NCBI GenBank assembly: GCA_051874735.1
Contig: JBJEGD010000042.1
Coordinates: forward strand, 22,003-86,002
Source of the DNA: Candidatus Bruticola sp.
GTDB taxonomy: Bacteria > Vulcanimicrobiota > Xenobia > Xenobiales > Xenobiaceae
Length of the DNA stretch: 64,000 nucleotides
Direction: 5' to 3'
A program made the position numbers and the translations under genes. Under the pieces are notes generated by a model. That model worked only from the letters and a program-made list of their open reading frames with translations, searched no databases and was not told the origin of the DNA. Every line of letters starts with the position of its first letter. Position 1 is the stretch's first letter. Shown one piece after another: positions 58,779 through 64,000 of the stretch.

Positions 58779-60695
58779 TCAGATATTTTTATCAGTAGCT
58801 TTTTCTCCTTTAGAGATAAATGCCTCATCACCGGAACGTGCATACATTCCCTCAATTAGATCGTTGAAATGAAGATTAACTATGCGTCTCTTAATTTTTA
58901 AAGTTGGCGTTATTTCACCTTCATCAGCCTTAAACTCGCGCTCAAGAATGACTATGCGACGCACCTTCTCGTAAGAAGAAAAGCTCTGGCAATATTTTTC
59001 TATCTCTTTAAGTATGATTTTTTCCACTCTCAGATCTTTTGTCAATTCGCTGCGGCTAAGATTGATCTGCTGCTCTGAGGCCCAGCTTTCAAGCTTGGAA
59101 AAATTGGGTACAATTAAAGCTCCGACAAAACTGCGGTTATTGCCCACAACTACAGCCTGTTCAATCCAATCGCTACTTTTTATGGCATTTTCTAAAGGCG
59201 CCGGGGCCACATTTTTACCATTGGAAAGAACAAGTATCTCTTTCTTACGATCAGTTATGGTATAACACTTGCTGCTTTCATTGTATTCACCGACGTCACC
59301 AGTATGGAAATACCCTTCTTCATCGAAAACTTCCGCGGTTTCTTTAGGCAGCTTAAAATAACCGCGCATAATATTGGGGCCCTTAGCACAGATTTCTCCA
59401 TCTTCAGCAACTTTTATAGTAATTCCCTTTACCGCTTCTCCTACTGTGCCGGGATTTATATTGTTAGGCAGGTTCAAACAGAGAACGGGGCTCGTTTCCG
59501 TCAAACCATAACCTTCTAAGATACATAAGTTGACATCTAGGAAAAAATTAAGCACATCTGTGCGTGCCGGCGCCCCTCCAGAAACGAAAAATCGGACACG
59601 TCCTCCAGTTGCCTGACGGATTTTAGCAAAAACAGTACTATTAAATAATGAGAATTCAGCCTTGAGAAGGAAAGGTACACTTCCTTTTCTTTGAGCTTCA
59701 CGATAAGCTCGCCCCACTTTCATTGCTCTGTGGAAAAGGCGATCTTTCAAACCTCCGCCAGAATTAGCCACAACTTTAGCAAATATTTTTTCAAATAAGC
59801 GAGGTACACTAGGTACAACCGTAGGACGCAAAATTTTTAAATCAGCTGGCAGGCACTTTATACTTCTAGTATATCCTATAGAACTGCCGCTGTAAGTTAA
59901 AGCATAGTAGCAAATGCGCTCAAAAACGTGAGAGAGAGGCAGGAAGGACAGCTCTACGTCGTCTTGACAGAGACTTACCGCCTCGGCTAAAGACTCCATT
60001 TGAGAGACAAAATTACCATGCATAAGCATGGCTCCCTTGGGGTTACCAGTAGTTCCGGAGGTATAAACAAAGCTGCAAATATCGTCAGCTTTGGTTTCCT
60101 GACAAATTTTATCTATTTCCGGTTTATTAATTTCTAAAGTATCGCGCCCCAAAGATAAAAATTCGTTCCAATTCCAAAAACGAACTTCTTTTTTTAACTC
60201 ATTTTCTCCGACTTCAAAGTGATCCATAGCCACTAAATGGAGCACATTAGCCAGCAAACCACTATTGATGGCCTCTATAACCTTCTTAATCTGCTCTTTG
60301 CAGGAAGCAATAATTATTTTCGCTTCACTGTCATTGACAATATAGGCCATTTCCTCAGTACTCAGAGTAGGATACATAGAAACATGGATAGTTCCAGCAA
60401 AAACAGAGCCAAAATCAACAACCGGCCATTCAGGTCTGTTGACAGAAAAATTGGCTACACGTTGGAAACGCTCTATGCCTAATTCCAAAAGGGCTGAAGC
60501 AAAGTAAAGAACTTCCTGATAAACTTCGCCATAAGTTTTAAAATTGAAGCACTTGCCATCACAACATCCTAAATAAGGACGCGAGCTACATTCTTTGGCA
60601 ACCTTGTTGAATACTTGAGGCAAAGTAGTAATTTCAGCCTTTTGGGCCCAATTCAACAAACTCTGATTTACAGGGTAATCACCTAAAATGTCCAT
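58779..60695 (-). CDS. Long-chain fatty acid--CoA ligase (AMP-forming)
   Basis: YTSGTTGNPKG, SFLPLSHVFER, EGYGLTETSP, YFHTGDVG, ITDRKKE..VLSNGKNVAP, TPTLKIKR. Confidence 0.93.
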   Translation of the reverse strand: MDILGDYPVNQSLLNWAQKAEITTLPQVFNKVAKECSSRPYLGCCDGKCFNFKTYGEVYQEVLYFASALLELGIERFQRVANFSVNRPEWPVVDFGSVFAGTIHVSMYPTLSTEEMAYIVNDSEAKIIIASCKEQIKKVIEAINSGLLANVLHLVAMDHFEVGENELKKEVRFWNWNEFLSLGRDTLEINKPEIDKICQETKADDICSFVYTSGTTGNPKGAMLMHGNFVSQMESLAEAVSLCQDDVELSFLPLSHVFERICYYALTYSGSSIGYTRSIKCLPADLKILRPTVVPSVPRLFEKIFAKVVANSGGGLKDRLFHRAMKVGRAYREAQRKGSVPFLLKAEFSLFNSTVFAKIRQATGGRVRFFVSGGAPARTDVLNFFLDVNLCILEGYGLTETSPVLCLNLPNNINPGTVGEAVKGITIKVAEDGEICAKGPNIMRGYFKLPKETAEVFDEEGYFHTGDVGEYNESSKCYTITDRKKEILVLSNGKNVAPAPLENAIKSSDWIEQAVVVGNNRSFVGALIVPNFSKLESWASEQQINLSRSELTKDLRVEKIILKEIEKYCQSFSSYEKVRRIVILEREFKADEGEITPTLKIKRRIVNLHFNDLIEGMYARSGDEAFISKGEKATDKNI

Positions 60696-60709
60696 ATGCC
60701 TAGAAGCCC

Positions 60710-61510
60710 CTACTTTTTATTTAAAATGCCGACAATAAACCGAACCGCTCCCAAACGAAGACGATCGCCACTGTTGAGGAAGCGCTCTACGCCTGGCATC
60801 AGCCGTTCATCGTTAATATAAGTTCCGTTGCCGCTCCCTATATCTTCGATGGCAAGTCCTGTTGAATCCCGCCGCAGATAAGCATGTTTTTTTGATACAG
60901 TTGACCCGCCACGCAGCCCTTCAAAATCGAGTTTAACTCCTTCGCCAGGCAGAGCAGGGCCGCGTCCTAAAAGAATTGTGTCAGCTGAAATTTGAAAAAC
61001 TTGACCACTATACTCATCTTTTAGAGAAGCATATCCGCACATGTTCTGAGAACGGCCTGTAGATGTCAAGGAGGCAGGAGTGTTATAAGCGGGCACAGGC
61101 GCGCTAAGAACGCTGTAAACGGGCGCAGCAGGCACACTAGGGGCACTGTAAGCGGGTGCAGGCGCGCTAGGGGCACTGTAAGCGGGCGCGGCAGGCGCGC
61201 TAGGGGCACTGTAAGCGGGCGCGACAGGCGCGCTAGGGGTACTGTAAGCGGACGCGGCAGACGAGCTAGGGGTACTGTAAGCGGGCGCGGCAGGCGCGCT
61301 AGGGGTACTGTAAGCGGGCGCGGCAGGCGCGCTAGGGGTACTGTAAGCGGGCGCCGAAGGCCTGGCAGGAAAGAGGGGAATCGGCGGCGGCGCCGGCTCT
61401 AAGCGAGCAACTGTGTAGTTTTGGGAAGAGCTTGTTTTTAAATTGGCGCCACAATTGTCACAAAATTGAGCACCCATAAGATTATCTTGGCCGCAGAAGG
61501 AGCATTTCAA
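60710..61510 (-). CDS. Zinc-ribbon / Pro-Ala-Ser-Tyr repeat / FHA domain protein
   Basis: CSFCG..N....FCDNCG; repeats PSAPAAPAYST; FHA motifs LGR, VSKKH, D.GSGNGT. Confidence 0.88.
   Translation of the reverse strand: MKCSFCGQDNLMGAQFCDNCGANLKTSSSQNYTVARLEPAPPPIPLFPARPSAPAYSTPSAPAAPAYSTPSAPAAPAYSTPSSSAASAYSTPSAPVAPAYSAPSAPAAPAYSAPSAPAPAYSAPSVPAAPVYSVLSAPVPAYNTPASLTSTGRSQNMCGYASLKDEYSGQVFQISADTILLGRGPALPGEGVKLDFEGLRGGSTVSKKHAYLRRDSTGLAIEDIGSGNGTYINDERLMPGVERFLNSGDRLRLGAVRFIVGILNKK
61087..61354. repeat. Coding tandem repeat, about 8 copies of a 33-bp unit (some 27 bp)
   Basis: Unit GCGCTAGGGGTACTGTAAGCGGGCGCGGCAGGC repeated, degenerate at the left edge. Confidence 0.92.
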
Positions 61511-61708
61511 GGTATTGATACCGCCTTAAATTCTAATTACAGAAAAAACACAACTTTTTCCAACTGAGAACTCAAGTTCAGAAGAAAACTTTTTACAGCG
61601 AATTTTCCCATTATGGTGGCAAACTTAACTCGCTAAGGTTCATTACTGAGAGTTTTTTTTCCTACTTTTATCTTCCTTATTTAAGGCCATTCGTGCTAAT
61701 ATTCTAGT

Positions 61709-62452
61709 ATGTTTACCCAAGATGTAATAAAATGCCTGGTTATAGAAACCAGACTCGATCCTAAACTTATTGAACATGAGATCTTTTGTTTAGAGCGTGC
61801 TTCCGGACTAAAAAAAAAGCAATTTGTTGTCTGTAACGCTCTGAAAACAGCTTTAGAAACAGGGATAGAAAAAGGTTTTCAAGCTGTAATTATCGGTGGA
61901 ACTGGCGACTTTTCCGTTGTTAACGATCGCCCCACGTTTTATGAGCCACTACTTCAGTTAGTGCGTTATCTCTGCGAGCAATCATTTCCAGTACTGGGGC
62001 TATGTTACGGCCATCAAATTATAGCTCAAGCTATGGGCGGACGAGTTATTACCGAGAGTCACGATCGCAGCGAAACAGGTACTTATTTAATGAATCTTAC
62101 AGCAGCTGGACGCGCCGATGAAGTTTTAGCCGATTCTCCGTCAAGTTTCTGGGCCCAGCAGGGGCATCATGATGCGGTTACAGCTATGCCCGATTCTTTT
62201 ATAAGATTAGCTTACAGCGATCGCTGCACTTGGCAGGCTATGCGATTAAAAGGCAAACCAACTTATAGTTTTCAATTTCATCCAGAGCTTATCCGTCAAG
62301 ATTTGATCACTCGAATGACAGCTTATGCGGACGTATACGCCTCCGAACCAGGAAAATTGGAAAAGATTATCGGAGCTATAAAGGAAACGGATAATCAAAT
62401 TATTATCCGCAACTTCATAAATAAGATTGTTATCCCCCACTGGAACAGCTAA
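61709..62452 (+). CDS. Type 1 glutamine amidotransferase (GMP-synthase-GAT-like)
   Basis: PVLGLCYGHQIIA nucleophile elbow, HHDAV, FQFHPE catalytic His-Glu. Confidence 0.9.
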   Translation: MFTQDVIKCLVIETRLDPKLIEHEIFCLERASGLKKKQFVVCNALKTALETGIEKGFQAVIIGGTGDFSVVNDRPTFYEPLLQLVRYLCEQSFPVLGLCYGHQIIAQAMGGRVITESHDRSETGTYLMNLTAAGRADEVLADSPSSFWAQQGHHDAVTAMPDSFIRLAYSDRCTWQAMRLKGKPTYSFQFHPELIRQDLITRMTAYADVYASEPGKLEKIIGAIKETDNQIIIRNFINKIVIPHWNS

Positions 62453-62502
62453 GTTATAGCTGCTTTACTCAACAAAATATATCTTAGAAAGGCAGTTCAC
62501 CA

Positions 62503-63162
62503 ATGATCTGTAAAAATTGTCACAGTGAAATAAGTGATGGTTCCATTACTTGTTCCGTATGCGGCAAGCAGCTGGTAGTCAGCTCAGACGAAGCTGGCGA
62601 TATTTTAGAATGGACAGTAAAAAATGCTACTCCAGCCTCAGCAGAAGTAGTTGGTGAACTGCTCTCCACCACAGCTGAGGCAGCTTTAGAGCTTCAAGAT
62701 TATCTATCAATTAAGCAGCAGCTAAAAAATTTTGCTGCTATTCAGGCCATGCCTGCGCTGAAAGCACTTAACACTATCAACAATTTACCTACAGACGCTA
62801 AGCTACCCGGAGAATCATTACTGGTCAGTACCTCAGTCATGTATGGAGCCACCTCTTCTTACATGCAAAACGCCAAATTAGAGCTTACACCACGCCGTCT
62901 TTTATTCTATGAACATATCAACACAAGCTCAGGCCTACTCAATATTGCTACAGCTTTAATGACTCCACGCTTCAGTTTCAGCTTGGCTCTGAAACAAATT
63001 GTGGAAGTAAAAAACTACGAAGTTAACTATAATCCCGGCCACTTGTTGAAATTAGTCAACGATGAGCAACTTCTATTACAAGCAGCCGATTTTCCGCGCT
63101 TTGACAAAGCTCTGCGTGCAGCCATCGATACCATAAAAACAAATCCCAATCGGGTAATGTAA
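62503..63162 (+). CDS. Zinc-ribbon protein with C-terminal PH/GRAM-like domain
   Basis: CKNC....CSVCG; KLELTPRRLLFY...L..IVEV pattern. Confidence 0.6.
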   Translation: MICKNCHSEISDGSITCSVCGKQLVVSSDEAGDILEWTVKNATPASAEVVGELLSTTAEAALELQDYLSIKQQLKNFAAIQAMPALKALNTINNLPTDAKLPGESLLVSTSVMYGATSSYMQNAKLELTPRRLLFYEHINTSSGLLNIATALMTPRFSFSLALKQIVEVKNYEVNYNPGHLLKLVNDEQLLLQAADFPRFDKALRAAIDTIKTNPNRVM

Positions 63163-63176
63163 GGTTCCTGCTTTAT

Positions 63177-63800
63177 ATGAAATTGTTGCGTTTTTATACT
63201 GCCTACGGACTAGCAGTTATGATAGGCGCCAGTATTTTTCTTAGCGAGCTTAAACCAGCCCAAGCAGAGCTGGTTCCGCCTCCAGCGAAAGACTTCAGTA
63301 AAAAAAATACTTGTACTTCCATTTCTCGCAAAGGAACAATAAAAGAAAATTCCTCACTTTACGCTAATCCGCTGTCCCCTTTGATCAGTGCTCGAATTGG
63401 GAAGTACAAAAAGAAAGTAACTATTAAGGCCTCTTATAAAGCGGCCAACGGAGAACGCTGGCTAAAAATAGTACTCGACGACGGACGCCAAGGATGGACT
63501 CCACAAAGCAGCCTTATGGGGGCTGTAGATTCTAGAACTTTTACTTTACGCCATAGGAGAGCCATAAAAAATATAGCAGGAGTGTTGAAAAAATTTGACG
63601 CCAACCGTCCAGTTATCTTTTGGACCTTCCCCAACTCCGGTGAGATTTACGCTCAAACTAATATTGATCCGCAACTGGGCCTAAACTATGATCAAATTTG
63701 CATAGATAACAAAAAACGCAAATGGGGACATATTCCTTACTATCGCTCTATGCGCGATATTTGGGTGTGTTTAAATTTGCCACATGAAACCTCATTATAA
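63177..63800 (+). CDS. Secreted protein with SH3b-like domain(s)
   Basis: Signal peptide (AQA-E); NGERWLKIV.DDGRQGW; second weak repeat KWGHI...IWV. Confidence 0.65.
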   Translation: MKLLRFYTAYGLAVMIGASIFLSELKPAQAELVPPPAKDFSKKNTCTSISRKGTIKENSSLYANPLSPLISARIGKYKKKVTIKASYKAANGERWLKIVLDDGRQGWTPQSSLMGAVDSRTFTLRHRRAIKNIAGVLKKFDANRPVIFWTFPNSGEIYAQTNIDPQLGLNYDQICIDNKKRKWGHIPYYRSMRDIWVCLNLPHETSL

Positions 63801-64000
63801 ATACACCTAAACTCAGATTTTGCTATTTTTTTGCAAGGGGGTTTGTAGTTTTTTTCTTTACTTCTTTGATTATTGGCCGCCCCAAAAACACACTCGAAAA
63901 GCAAAAAAAAGAACGCTCTGCTTAACTGGCAGGACGTCCTTTTTCTTATTGAAAAACTTTGAACAGCAACTTCTAAACCAGACGCTTTATTACGTGTAAG

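Noticed and set aside
61087-61354. Possible CRISPR array
   Set aside because: Units are head-to-tail with no unique spacers, lengths are multiples of 3 inside a CDS, and there are no cas genes.

Overview
Bacterial chromosomal window of moderate GC, with no CRISPR array, rRNA or intact mobile element. The gene content suggests a host-associated, probably diderm, Terrabacteria-like organism: unsplit RpoC, dimeric GlyRS, LolA-like protein, O-antigen-ligase/TPR protein, stand-alone TrpB, SstT and PPDK. This taxonomy is inference only. The window opens with the flagellar-type type III export gate fliP-fliQ-fliR-flhB-flhA. Instead of the usual flhF/flhG/fliA, it is followed by an acidic 105-aa ORF and three co-oriented unknown genes that share an ungapped ~63-aa C-terminal helical domain (one bare 92-aa copy and two copies with long disordered N-termini). 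This is the best candidate for an undescribed T3SS filament/substrate system. The rest is housekeeping (rpoB, rpoC, tRNA-Pro, dnaE, proB, proA, ppdK, glyQS, trpB, ABC-F) mixed with oddities: a zinc-ribbon insertion and a duplicated helical insertion in RpoB, a GapR-like gene, a catalytically dead DnaE-palm paralog upstream of dnaE, an apparently dead anthrax-LF-like metallopeptidase domain, a degenerate aryl-CoA ligase, a stand-alone subtilisin propeptide, a paralogous zinc-ribbon/helical-bundle pair, a YSTPS-repeat FHA protein and two candidate structured RNA leaders. All alignments and folds were done by eye; no database searches were run.
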